From Patescibacteria group bacterium (lineage in GTDB: Bacteria > Patescibacteriota > Minisyncoccia > Minisyncoccales > JAHCRE01): a stretch of 64,000 nt of DNA. Shown here in pieces: positions 8,786-17,607 of this stretch (positions are counted from its first letter, which is position 1; the number at the start of each line of letters is the position of its first letter). The stretch spans positions 28,138 to 92,137 of the forward strand of contig JAHCRF010000002.1 of the NCBI GenBank assembly GCA_020148055.1, read 5' to 3'. The notes beneath the pieces are model-generated. The model saw only the letters and a program-made list of their open reading frames with translations. It searched no databases and was not told the DNA's origin. Made by a program: the position numbers and the translations under genes.

Positions 8786-9304
8786 TTAGGAATATCGATC
8801 AGCCACCGTTGAAGCTACATAAGACTCTGGTTTAATTTTTGGCTCAAAGCCATTTCCTCGAATTAAACCAGTAACTTCTTTTATCATATCTCTTGTCTGA
8901 CCGTGCTCTCCAATATCAGCATGAATATAGCGAAGCTGATAATTAAAGACATCAGGTTCGTTTTCCATTTTTTTCTCAAAGTTCTCTCTTAAAAATAGAG
9001 CTAATTGACAAGATAATAAAACTTCTTCTAAAACTCGCATTTTCCAATTGGAAAATTTTTTTCTTATAGATGAAGGATAATTTATTTTCTTAAGAAAAAA
9101 TCTCCCTCCTTCTCCTACTCTTAAAATAACCACTGCCACCGGAAAATTGAATTTCTCTCCAGAAGAAGAATCACAGCCAACAATAATATCGTAGAATTTC
9201 TCCGGTTTCTCTTTTATGTAGCTCAGCATTTCTTCCATCACTTCTTCAATTTTCAGATTTCCCCGGCTGGGATTATAAAAATAGCCTTTTAAGAATTTTT
9301 CCAT
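8786..9304 (-). CDS. YkuK/DUF458-like RNase H-fold protein
   Basis: 172 aa; IVGCDSSSGEKFNFPVAVVILRVGEGGRFF ... IHADIGEHGQTRDMIKEVTGLIRGNGFEPKIKPESYVASTVADRYS recalled as the YkuK family pattern; not verified by search. Confidence 0.45.
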   Translation of the reverse strand: MEKFLKGYFYNPSRGNLKIEEVMEEMLSYIKEKPEKFYDIIVGCDSSSGEKFNFPVAVVILRVGEGGRFFLKKINYPSSIRKKFSNWKMRVLEEVLLSCQLALFLRENFEKKMENEPDVFNYQLRYIHADIGEHGQTRDMIKEVTGLIRGNGFEPKIKPESYVASTVADRYS

Positions 9305-9352
9305 ATTATTATATTAAAATAGCAAAAAGCACAAAAAAGTCAAGCTTTTAAA

Positions 9353-10114
9353 TCAAGATTTAACTCTACTGACACTTCTGAGGATTTTAATAAACTCTCG
9401 TGGATTCAAAGAAGCCCCTCCAACTAGAAGTCCCTGGAAATTAGCTTCCCTTACATAATCTGTAGCATTTTTAGAATTCACGCTACCCCCATAAATTATC
9501 CTGAGATTTTCAGCGATACCACGTGAATATTTTTTGACTATCATTTTTCTAATGAGCAAACCCATTTTTTGAGCTTCTTCCACATTGCAAGGTTTTCCAG
9601 TTCCAATCGCCCAGACAGGTTCATAGGCGATTGTAATTTTTTTGATTTCCTTTTTTGAAATTTTTGGGAGGCCTTTTTCAATCTGAGATTTTAAAATACT
9701 CTGGGTCTGACCTTTTTCTCGTTCCTCTTTGGTCTCCCCAATACAAAAAATTGGATTTAATTTAACTGATATCGCAGCTTTTATTTTTCTATTTATTATT
9801 TCATCGGTCTCACCAAAATATCTTCTCCTCTCAGAATGACCTAAGATTGCATATTTGCAGCCAAGATTTAAGAGCTGTTTTGGCGAAACTTCACCAGTAA
9901 ATGGTCCTGCTTCCTTCCAAAAACAGTTCTGTCCGCCTAGTTTGATACTTGATACTTGATACTGGACACTTGATAAATAGGTAAATGGCGGGCAAATTAC
10001 TACCTCAACATTTCTTATTTTTTTTATTCCTCTTTTGGCCGAGTTAAAAAGCCGCTTAGCTTCAGCTGAACTTTGAGGATTCATCTTCCAGTTTGCGACA
10101 ATTAATGATTTCAT
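9353..10114 (-). CDS. tpiA: triosephosphate isomerase
   Basis: IVANWKMN, AILGHSERR, IAYEPVWAIGTGK, IIYGGSV. Confidence 0.92.
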   Translation of the reverse strand: MKSLIVANWKMNPQSSAEAKRLFNSAKRGIKKIRNVEVVICPPFTYLSSVQYQVSSIKLGGQNCFWKEAGPFTGEVSPKQLLNLGCKYAILGHSERRRYFGETDEIINRKIKAAISVKLNPIFCIGETKEEREKGQTQSILKSQIEKGLPKISKKEIKKITIAYEPVWAIGTGKPCNVEEAQKMGLLIRKMIVKKYSRGIAENLRIIYGGSVNSKNATDYVREANFQGLLVGGASLNPREFIKILRSVSRVKS

Positions 10115-10172
10115 AGTCTATTTAAAATAAAAAAATAGAATTGACACTTTTTGGCTCACAATTAGATAACTT

Positions 10173-11237
10173 TTATTGTTTTCTCAAATATGCGGCAGCC
10201 CTTTCTGGTTCAATCGTTGAAATCTCCATTCTTGTTCCAATTTCAAATCCTGCCCAAACTGATGTTTTTGGTAAAATCGTCCAATGCCAGTGATAATGAT
10301 CATATTTTTTTCTATCACAAGGGGCGGTATGTAAATAAAAATTGTAGGCCGGATCATTTAGGGCTTTGTAAAGTTTATTCAAAGCCGTCTTAAAAGCCTC
10401 AGCTAAAGTCCTTTTTTCTTTTTCAGTTATTTTTTCAAAATAGGCTGAGTGTCTTTTTGGAGAGATTATAATTTGGAAGGCAGCCTTTGAGGCAAAAGGG
10501 CACAAAACTAAAAAATCTCTATTTTCAAAAACAATTCTTTTCTTGCTTTTTCTCTCCCAATTATTCATTTGGCAATAGATGCATTTTTTATGGGCTTTGA
10601 AGTATCTCCTCGAATTTGAAAGAGCTCTTCTCAAATCAACATCGATGAGGGGGGTGGTAATAATTTGAGAATGGGGATGAAAGATTGAGGCCCCTGCTTC
10701 AGTTCCATGATTGTGAAATATAGAAACATAATTTACAAATGGTTTTTTCATCAATTTTAAATATCTTTCATGATAGGCATCAATCACCTCTTTTACCTCC
10801 TCTATCTTAAATTGGCCTATTGACCTTTTGTGATCTTTAGTAATCGCTACTTCATGAAAACCCACTGCATTCATTGTTTGATAAAGATTACCTTCAATCC
10901 TTTTGTTTAATTGAAGGTGAGGAAAAAAGGCGGGGAATTTATTTGGAACAACAATTGTTGTCCAATTCTTAGGAATTTTTTGGCCGGGGATTTTTTTATT
11001 CTGAGCAAAAATAAGTAGAGGATTTTTTAGCTCTTCAATCTGACAAAAAGGGCAGAGTTTCTTAGGGGGTACTTTTTTTAATCTTCTTTCTTTTCTGAAA
11101 GTTTCGGGTCTTCTGGCTCTGCCAGTTGCAATGACAACCCAATCCTTTGAAACCAAATCAAATCGAAGCTCGGATGGAAATTTTATTCGACCAGATGCCT
11201 TCTGACCGTAGGTTATTTTTTTAGGCTGTTTAGTCAT
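10173..11237 (-). CDS. galT: galactose-1-phosphate uridylyltransferase-like (GalT branch of HIT superfamily)
   Basis: CPFCQ zinc motif, VVPNKFPAF, FHNHGTEAGASIFHPHSQIITTP (HxHxQ active site). Confidence 0.7.
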   Translation of the reverse strand: MTKQPKKITYGQKASGRIKFPSELRFDLVSKDWVVIATGRARRPETFRKERRLKKVPPKKLCPFCQIEELKNPLLIFAQNKKIPGQKIPKNWTTIVVPNKFPAFFPHLQLNKRIEGNLYQTMNAVGFHEVAITKDHKRSIGQFKIEEVKEVIDAYHERYLKLMKKPFVNYVSIFHNHGTEAGASIFHPHSQIITTPLIDVDLRRALSNSRRYFKAHKKCIYCQMNNWERKSKKRIVFENRDFLVLCPFASKAAFQIIISPKRHSAYFEKITEKEKRTLAEAFKTALNKLYKALNDPAYNFYLHTAPCDRKKYDHYHWHWTILPKTSVWAGFEIGTRMEISTIEPERAAAYLRKQ

Positions 11238-11949
11238 AAAGCTTTTTTATTAAGTTTAATCTTATTTTAAATACATCGATTAACATCTCTACCATTGATT
11301 TGAATTTTACTTTGCTTTCTGGGTCATTTATCCAGACTACTGGAATTTCCTTGAATCTATATCCAAGTTTCTTTGCTAGAATTAGAACCTCAACATCAAA
11401 GGCAAAACGATTAATCACTGTTTTTGGAAAAATATCCTCTGCAGCTTTTTTAATAAAGCCCTTAAAACCGCATTGAGTGTCCCAGATTCCCCACAGACCA
11501 GAAATTACTTGAACAATTAGATTAAAAATATCACCAAGTCTTCTTCTAAACCAGGACTGAGGAACGGCAATTACAGCTCCTTTTATATCTCTTGAACCAA
11601 TGATAATATCGAAACCTACTTCAAATTCCGGCCACATTTTCTCAACCTGATCAATCGAGGTTGAATTATCAGCATCAGTAAAAACTCGATATTCTCCCGA
11701 AGCTCTTAACATCCCTTGACGAACTCCAAAACCTTTTCCCCTCTTCTTTTCAAATTCAACTAATTTCAGGTTTTTAATTTCATTCATCAAATTTTTAACA
11801 ATCTCAACTGTTCTATCAGTCGAACCATCAGAAACAACAATAATTTCAGATTCATAATTCTGCTTCCTTAAATATTCATCAATCTCTCTCAAAGTCTTTG
11901 GTAATCTCTCTTCTTCATTATAAGCAGGAATAATAACAGAAAGATGCAT
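11230..11949 (-). CDS. family 2 glycosyltransferase (dolichyl/polyprenyl-phosphate glycosyltransferase-like)
   Basis: LSVIIPAYNEEERLPKTL, VVSDGSTDRT, FTDADNS (DxD). Confidence 0.8.
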   Translation of the reverse strand: MHLSVIIPAYNEEERLPKTLREIDEYLRKQNYESEIIVVSDGSTDRTVEIVKNLMNEIKNLKLVEFEKKRGKGFGVRQGMLRASGEYRVFTDADNSTSIDQVEKMWPEFEVGFDIIIGSRDIKGAVIAVPQSWFRRRLGDIFNLIVQVISGLWGIWDTQCGFKGFIKKAAEDIFPKTVINRFAFDVEVLILAKKLGYRFKEIPVVWINDPESKVKFKSMVEMLIDVFKIRLNLIKKLYD

Positions 11950-12051
11950 AAATTAAGTTAAAAATTAAAAGTGAAAAATTTAAAATTATAATTTAAAATA
12001 TCAACTTTCGATTATTATAACAAAAACAAGGAATAATGAATAGTGAATAAC

Positions 12052-12083
12052 AAAAAAACGGGCGAATCTTTGTTGAAACGCCC
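12052..12083 (-). terminator. candidate intrinsic terminator after map
   Basis: Minus strand GGGCG-14 nt loop-CCCGC followed by g + U7 (plus-strand a12052-12058); begins 9 nt after the map stop codon. The stem is only 5 bp. Confidence 0.4.
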
Positions 12084-12091
12084 TTTTATAG

Positions 12092-12841
12092 TTATTTCTT
12101 TAAATTTGTCAGGATATGACAGCTATTTTTTGTTACCGCAACCGTGTGTTCAAAATGAGCTGATAAAGAGCCATCCGCAGTTTTGAAACCTGAACCATCT
12201 CTTGTTTTTTTTATTTTGAAATCCCTTATTGATACCATGGGCTCTATGCAAAATGTCATTCCTTCTTTAATTTTTGGGCCTGATTTTCTTTTCCCAAAAT
12301 TTAAAACTTGGGGATCTTCATGTAGATTTTTACCAATACCATGACCACAAAGTTCTCTGATTACATTAAATCCTTGAGCCTCAACATATCTTTGGATTGC
12401 ATTTGAAATATCACCAAAAGTATTTCCGGGTCGAACTTTTCTCAAGGCTATTTTTAAAGCTTTTTTTGTCACTTTGATTAATCTCAATCTCTCAGGTTTT
12501 ACTTTTCCGATAGGTAAAGTGACTGCCATATCAGAATGAAATCCTTTATAAAAAATTCCAATATCGAGAGAAATAATATCCCCTTCTTTTAAGATTCTAT
12601 TGGATGGGACACCGTGAACAATTTCTTCATTTATTGAAGTACAGAGACAAGCTGGGAAACCATCATGACCTTTAAATGAACATTTTCCGTATTTTAAAAC
12701 AAGGCTCTCAGCGAGCCTATCTAATTCGCAGGTTTTAATCCCTGGCCTAACCTGCTTTTTCAATCGTTGCATAATTCTTGCCAGAATCTTACCGCCCTCT
12801 CTCATTATTCGAATTTCTTTTTGAGATTTAATGCTAATCAT
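12092..12841 (-). CDS. map: type I methionine aminopeptidase
   Basis: VHGVPS, DIGIFYKGFHSDMA, LCGHGIG, FCIEPM, HFEHTV metal-ligand blocks. Confidence 0.95.
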   Translation of the reverse strand: MISIKSQKEIRIMREGGKILARIMQRLKKQVRPGIKTCELDRLAESLVLKYGKCSFKGHDGFPACLCTSINEEIVHGVPSNRILKEGDIISLDIGIFYKGFHSDMAVTLPIGKVKPERLRLIKVTKKALKIALRKVRPGNTFGDISNAIQRYVEAQGFNVIRELCGHGIGKNLHEDPQVLNFGKRKSGPKIKEGMTFCIEPMVSIRDFKIKKTRDGSGFKTADGSLSAHFEHTVAVTKNSCHILTNLKK

Positions 12842-12880
12842 TCGTAAGATAGTACGTTTTCTACGGCCGTGGAAATTGTA

Positions 12881-13591
12881 CTATAACTGTTTTATCGCTT
12901 TTAGAGTGTCTTTAAAAACTTTCTCAACTGATTGTTCGCCATTTATTTTCTTTACTTTTAAACCCTTCTTTTTGAAATAATTGATTATGGGACAGGTCCT
13001 TTCCTTATATTCTTTTAATCTAACTTTAATAGTTTCTGGACTATCATCTTTGCGAATCACTAATTTCGAGCCATCAAGAGGGCATTCTGTAAGTTTAGCA
13101 GTTTCTCTTGTGTACAAAATTGGATGGCGTATCAGTTCGCATTCCCGTCTGTGAGAATTTCTCCAAATTGACTCTTTTTCGCTCAGTCTAATTAAAATTA
13201 CTTTAATATTTTTAGATCCATATAGTTTTTTTAAAAAAGGAGTAATTCTTTCTGCCTCATATAAGGTTCGGGGAGAGCCAATTAGTACGATTCCTTTTCC
13301 TTCTTTAGCTAAATCTTTAAGTTTTTTCTTTACAAAATAAACTAAAAAAGGGGGGTCCCATAATTTTCCCTCTTTTCGCAATTTTTTTTCTTTTTCAAAA
13401 TAATATCTTTTGCCCTCTATCGTAACATATTCTCCCTTTCTCGCATTTTCTATCACTCTTCCAACAATCTTGCTAGTTTCCCAATGATACAGATCAAATT
13501 TCTCAGTTAATAAACTCGCCTGGGTTCCTTTTCCTGCCCCAGGTGGTCCAAGAATAATCACCACTAATTTTTTGTTTTGTTTGCTGTTCAT
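12881..13591 (-). CDS. adk: adenylate kinase (long variant)
   Basis: P-loop IILGPPGAGKGTQASLL; secY-adk-map order. Confidence 0.85.
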   Translation of the reverse strand: MNSKQNKKLVVIILGPPGAGKGTQASLLTEKFDLYHWETSKIVGRVIENARKGEYVTIEGKRYYFEKEKKLRKEGKLWDPPFLVYFVKKKLKDLAKEGKGIVLIGSPRTLYEAERITPFLKKLYGSKNIKVILIRLSEKESIWRNSHRRECELIRHPILYTRETAKLTECPLDGSKLVIRKDDSPETIKVRLKEYKERTCPIINYFKKKGLKVKKINGEQSVEKVFKDTLKAIKQL

Positions 13592-13608
13592 TGTTTACCG
13601 CCTACTGA

Positions 13609-14892
13609 CTAAATAGTTTCATATTCCCTCATCTGAAGCTGAGCATTTATCTGACGTATAGTTTCCAAAACTACTGAAACCACAATTAACAAAGAGGTTC
13701 CTCCGATTAAAAATCGAAAAACCATTACCTTAGTTATTCCACCAATAATTGAGGGCATAATTGCGATTACTCCTAAGAATAAAGCTCCGATAAGTAAAAC
13801 CCGGTTTAGAATATAAGATAAATAATTGGCTGTTGAAGTTCCTGGTCTTATTCCTGGAACAAATCCTCCCGTTTTTTGGAGATTTTCAGAAATAGCTTTG
13901 GGATCAAAGGTTACGGCGGTATAAAAATAAACAAAGATAACAACTAATAAAAAGTATAAAATTCCATAAACCCAAGGGTTTTGAAGAGAATTGCTTATGC
14001 TCTGGGCAATATTGCCAATAGTACCACCAAAACCTACTAAAAAATTAGCAATCATTCCAGGAAAAGTTAAAATAGATAGGGCAAAAATTATTGGCATCAC
14101 TCCAGCTGGATTAACATTCAAAGGTAAGAAGGTCGAAACTCCCCCATACACTTTCGTTCCTCGAACTCTTTTAGCATAAGAAACCGGAATATTTCGTCTA
14201 GCCTCATTGATTAAAACGACTCCGGTAATAATCAATAAAGCCATGCTAAAAAAGAGTAAATAGCCTGAGATTTTTAAAGGACTCGTCTGAAGATCAAAAT
14301 AAACCTGACGAACACTCACCGGAACAGAGGAAACTATACCAGCGAAAATCAAAAGAGAAACACCATCGCCAATTCCTTTTTCAGAAATTAATTCCCCAAG
14401 CCACATTAAAAATAAGGCTCCAGCTGTAATCGTCAAAATTGAAGTGAAAAGCAAGATAGGAGAAAGAGGCCTAATTACTCCTTGGCGTTGAAATAAAGCC
14501 AGCATTGCATATCCCTGAAGCATTGCCAGAGGAACGGTTAGGATTCTTCCATATCGATTAAATTTCTGACGTCCCGCCTCTCCTTCTTCTCGATAAAGTC
14601 GCTCCAGTTGAGGAAAAATCATTGTTAAAAGTTGCAAAATAATGACAGCGGTAATATAAGGTCCCAATCCTAACATAATAATCGAAACTTTATCCAGAGA
14701 TCCACCAGTAAAAATATTTAAAAGGCCGAACATCTGAAATTGCTCAAAAAAAACTTTTAAGTCCTCGGCACTAATGCCGGGAATAGGGACATTAGCCATT
14801 AGCCGGAAAATAGCCAAAATTCCCAAAACAAAAAGAATTCTGTTTCTTAAATCTCTAATCTTAAAAATCTGAATAATTTTTTGAAGCCACAT
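13609..14892 (-). CDS. secY: preprotein translocase subunit SecY
   Basis: 427 aa polytopic; GLGPYITAVIILQLL, WLGELISEKGIGDGVSLLIFAGI. Confidence 0.95.
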   Translation of the reverse strand: MWLQKIIQIFKIRDLRNRILFVLGILAIFRLMANVPIPGISAEDLKVFFEQFQMFGLLNIFTGGSLDKVSIIMLGLGPYITAVIILQLLTMIFPQLERLYREEGEAGRQKFNRYGRILTVPLAMLQGYAMLALFQRQGVIRPLSPILLFTSILTITAGALFLMWLGELISEKGIGDGVSLLIFAGIVSSVPVSVRQVYFDLQTSPLKISGYLLFFSMALLIITGVVLINEARRNIPVSYAKRVRGTKVYGGVSTFLPLNVNPAGVMPIIFALSILTFPGMIANFLVGFGGTIGNIAQSISNSLQNPWVYGILYFLLVVIFVYFYTAVTFDPKAISENLQKTGGFVPGIRPGTSTANYLSYILNRVLLIGALFLGVIAIMPSIIGGITKVMVFRFLIGGTSLLIVVSVVLETIRQINAQLQMREYETI

Positions 14893-14894
14893 AG

Positions 14895-15329
14895 TTAGAT
14901 TTTTATTGTGCCGCCGGCTTTTTCGATTTTCTCTTTAGCACTTTTTGATACTTCGCATCCCTCAACAGCTAATTTTTTTGCTATTTTCCCCCTTCCTAAA
15001 ATTTTTACTTTTGGTATCTTTCCTTTTATTCTACGGATTAATCTAAGTTTAAGCAAGATTTGGGGATTGATCACCGAACCTGCTTTAAATTTTTTCTCAA
15101 GAGTCTCAATATTAATTACCGCCTTCTTTTCTTCCAAAGGTTTGAATTTATATCCTCTTAGCTTTGGGTATCTTTTTATTAACTCTCGAATTGCAGGTTT
15201 CAGCTTCCGACCAGCTCGAGCTTTCTGGCCCTTTATCCCACGACCAGAGTAAGTACCCCTTTTACCTCCCCTACCCACACGCTTTCTCTTTTTTAATTTA
15301 TGTTTTGGACGTAATTGATGTAGTTGCAT
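14895..15329 (-). CDS. rplO: 50S ribosomal protein L15
   Basis: MQLHQLRPKHKLKKRKRVGRGGKRGTYSGRGIKGQKAR. I start at the internal ATG 15329: the 15 upstream codons of the track ORF lie in the spacer hairpin. Confidence 0.9.
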   Translation of the reverse strand: MQLHQLRPKHKLKKRKRVGRGGKRGTYSGRGIKGQKARAGRKLKPAIRELIKRYPKLRGYKFKPLEEKKAVINIETLEKKFKAGSVINPQILLKLRLIRRIKGKIPKVKILGRGKIAKKLAVEGCEVSKSAKEKIEKAGGTIKI

Positions 15330-15334
15330 ATTCC

Positions 15335-15404
15335 GTGAAACATATGACCTGAAACATGAAACATTTTTTAACAATAGGTTTTAAGTTTCGAGTTTCAAGT
15401 TTCA
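15335..15404. repeat. period-7 repeat hairpin occupying the rpsE-rplO spacer (the usual rpmD position)
   Basis: gtgaaac/atatgac/ctgaaac/atgaaac versus gtttcga/gtttcaa/gtttcat (tgaaacatgaaac vs tgaaacttgaaac, 12 of 13). Confidence 0.6.
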
Positions 15405-15869
15405 TGACTTTTGTTTCAGTTCCTTTAGTGCTTTAATTGTTGCTCTGGCGTTATTGATTTTGTTTTTCGTGGCTCCTAAGACTTTTGAAGAAATATTTTT
15501 TATCCCAGCTAAAGTGCAAATAACTCTGACCGTACCGCCTGCCACCAGTCCTCTTCCTTTTCTTTGGGGTTTAAGTAAAACCTTGGCTGCCCCAAATTTT
15601 GCGAAAACTTCGTGCGCAATTGTATCATTGATAATTGGTACTTCAATCAAATTTTTCTTAGCTGATCTAGTCGCTTTTTCTACTGCCTGGGCAACATCTA
15701 AACCCTTAGCCACTCCCACCCCAATTTTTCCATTCTTATTGCCAATAATCATCAATGCCCGAAATCGAAAATGTTTACCTCCTGCGGTAACTCGAGTAAC
15801 TCGAGCTAAGTCAAGTAATTTAGACTCAAATTCCTCTTTTGGTTTCTCATTAATGGTTTTTTTGAACAT
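15402..15869 (-). CDS. rpsE: 30S ribosomal protein S5
   Basis: LLDLARVTRVTAGGKHFRFRALMIIGNKNGKIGVGVAKG...GRGLVAGGTVR. Confidence 0.95.
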   Translation of the reverse strand: MFKKTINEKPKEEFESKLLDLARVTRVTAGGKHFRFRALMIIGNKNGKIGVGVAKGLDVAQAVEKATRSAKKNLIEVPIINDTIAHEVFAKFGAAKVLLKPQRKGRGLVAGGTVRVICTLAGIKNISSKVLGATKNKINNARATIKALKELKQKS

Positions 15870-15873
15870 AAAT

Positions 15874-16281
15874 TTAGAATTTTAAACCCCCTTTCCTTGC
15901 TCCCTCAGCCAGGGCTTTTACACGTCCATGGTACTTGTAACCTCCTCGATCAAAAACTGCTTTTTCAATTTTTTGCTTTAAAGCTTTTTTGGCAATTAGT
16001 TTTCCAACTTCAAAAGCTGTTTCAATCTTACCGGAAAGTTTTTTTTCTACTTTTTTATCTTTAGTTTGTCTTTTTTGCTGTGTGTGAACGGTGGGCTTTT
16101 TAAATTCCAAGTCAGAGGCTTCTGCTAAAGTATAACTTTTTTCATCGTCGATTAGTTGGGCATATATATGTTTACTTGATCGAAAAACACAAAGCCGCGG
16201 CCGACCTTTCGTGCCAAATATCTTTGCCCTTACGCGTTCATGTCGTCTTAATTGTTTTTCGCGCTTAATCTTAATTTTCAT
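15874..16281 (-). CDS. rplR: 50S ribosomal protein L18
   Basis: [20 protein letters not shown]...[26 protein letters not shown]. Confidence 0.95.
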   Translation of the reverse strand: MKIKIKREKQLRRHERVRAKIFGTKGRPRLCVFRSSKHIYAQLIDDEKSYTLAEASDLEFKKPTVHTQQKRQTKDKKVEKKLSGKIETAFEVGKLIAKKALKQKIEKAVFDRGGYKYHGRVKALAEGARKGGLKF

Positions 16282-16285
16282 TATA

Positions 16286-16828
16286 CTAGCCAGCGGTTAC
16301 TACTTTCTTTCCTGGCTTTCTTTTAATTACTTCCCCAAGATATTTAATTCCTTTTCCCTTATAGGGTTCAGGGGGACGAACTTTTCTTATTTTTGCAGTA
16401 ATCTGGCCAACTAATTCTTTATTAATTCCCGAAACTGTAATAACATTTTTATCAACCGAGAATTTTATCCCTTTGGGAGTTTTTATTTTTACCGGATGAG
16501 TAAAACCAACTCGCAAAACTAATTCCTCACCTTCAAGGACGGCTTTAAACCCTAAACCCTCGATTACCAATTTTTTTTCGTACCCTGTGATTACCCCTTT
16601 AACGTTATTGGCCAAAAGGGATCGAGTCAAACCCCAAAAAGCCCTGGTCTTCTTAGTTTCAATTTGAGGAGAAACAAAAATCTTTCCCTCCTTTATTTCA
16701 ACTTTAATTTCCGGTCGAATTTTCAGGCATTGCTCCCCTTTAGGACCTTTAATAGTCACCAGATTTCCACTAATTTTTACTTCTACCTCTTTCGGTATTT
16801 CAATTGGTTTTTTACCTATTCTAGACAT
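16286..16828 (-). CDS. rplF: 50S ribosomal protein L6
   Basis: [31 protein letters not shown]...[11 protein letters not shown]. Confidence 0.95.
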   Translation of the reverse strand: MSRIGKKPIEIPKEVEVKISGNLVTIKGPKGEQCLKIRPEIKVEIKEGKIFVSPQIETKKTRAFWGLTRSLLANNVKGVITGYEKKLVIEGLGFKAVLEGEELVLRVGFTHPVKIKTPKGIKFSVDKNVITVSGINKELVGQITAKIRKVRPPEPYKGKGIKYLGEVIKRKPGKKVVTAG

Positions 16829-16854
16829 ATGAATTTAGAATTATGAATTATGAA

Positions 16855-16988
16855 GCGAGGGAAACAATTTTTATGGACCATCCGCAGCGAGTTGGCATGG
16901 TCTCGCCGAAGGCGAGCAACTCGCGAGGAAAGGAGCTTGCTTCTCGCTGGGAAGCAGAGCGTGTCCTAAAAATTGTGTTCCCGAGCGG
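16855..16988 (-). repeat. ~135-nt structured intergenic element, copy A (rpsH-rplF spacer)
   Basis: Shares conserved blocks and hairpin architecture with 23615-23753 and 28704-28838; see findings. Strand assigned from the host operon only. Confidence 0.75.
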
Positions 16989-16989
16989 C

Positions 16990-17409
16990 CTACCAAATTT
17001 CGCATATCACCTCTCCTCCCAATTTTTGTTTTCTTATCTCCCTATCAGTCATTAAGCCTTCGGGAGTTGAAACTATAACCATCCCATATCCTCCCCGAAC
17101 TTTTTTAATTTTTTTATAGGAAAGGTAAATTCTTTGACCAGGTTTTGAAATCCTCTTCAGATTAGAAATAGCAGGCCGCCTTTGGCGAGCCTCGCCTTCG
17201 GCGGAAGTTTTTTCGATATATTTTAAGGTGATTCTAATAATTTTTTTTGCTTTCTTCCCTTTTTTTTCAAATTTTTCAATAAATCCCTCCTTTGCTAGAA
17301 TTTGAATAATCCTGTATTTAATTTGAGAAAAAGGAATGTCAACCGTGGGATGAAAAACGGCCTGGGCATTTCTTATTCGATTGAGAAGGTCGGTAATAGG
17401 ATCAGTCAT
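16990..17409 (-). CDS. rpsH: 30S ribosomal protein S8
   Basis: MTDPITDLLNRIRNAQ...ISKPGQRIY...GGYGMVIVSTPEGLMTDREIRKQKLGGEVICEIW. Confidence 0.95.
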   Translation of the reverse strand: MTDPITDLLNRIRNAQAVFHPTVDIPFSQIKYRIIQILAKEGFIEKFEKKGKKAKKIIRITLKYIEKTSAEGEARQRRPAISNLKRISKPGQRIYLSYKKIKKVRGGYGMVIVSTPEGLMTDREIRKQKLGGEVICEIW

Positions 17410-17420
17410 AATTTCATTTT

Positions 17421-17606
17421 TTACCAGCTACTTTTTTTTGCTCCTGGAATTAATCCTTTGTTTACTAATTCTCTGAAACAAATCCTACATAATCCAAATT
17501 TTCTCATGTATCCTCTTTTTCGACCACAACGAAAACAACGGCGAACCATTCGCGTTGAAAACTTTGGTTTTTTTTGTGATTTAATAATTTGAGCCTTTGT
17601 AGCCAT
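17421..17606 (-). CDS. rpsN: 30S ribosomal protein S14, zinc-binding type Z (61 aa)
   Basis: [25 protein letters not shown] (CxxC..CxxC). Confidence 0.95.
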   Translation of the reverse strand: MATKAQIIKSQKKPKFSTRMVRRCFRCGRKRGYMRKFGLCRICFRELVNKGLIPGAKKSSW

Positions 17607-17607
17607 C

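Noticed and set aside
14895-15374. Longer track start codons for rplO (15374), rpsJ (24878, TTG), rpsU (29106), mfd (32341, TTG), the M16 peptidase (59770) and possibly the BadF-type kinase (38504)
   Set aside because: The N-terminal extensions have no counterpart in the protein families and fall inside spacer hairpins, neighbouring genes or terminators. Internal ATGs give canonical N-termini.
16855-16988. Integron attC site or group II intron domain V as the identity of the 135-nt element
   Set aside because: No integrase or cassette context (the flanks are essential r-protein genes). Domain V features (AGC triad, 2-nt bulge, GNRA loop in a 34-nt hairpin) are not present. The GAGGAAAGG block only superficially recalls RNase P CR-I.
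16843-17055. 70-aa plus-strand ORF covering the rpsH-rplF spacer
   Set aside because: It is created by the G+C-rich structured repeat (copy A) and runs antisense into rpsH. The equivalent frames in copies B and C are not conserved.
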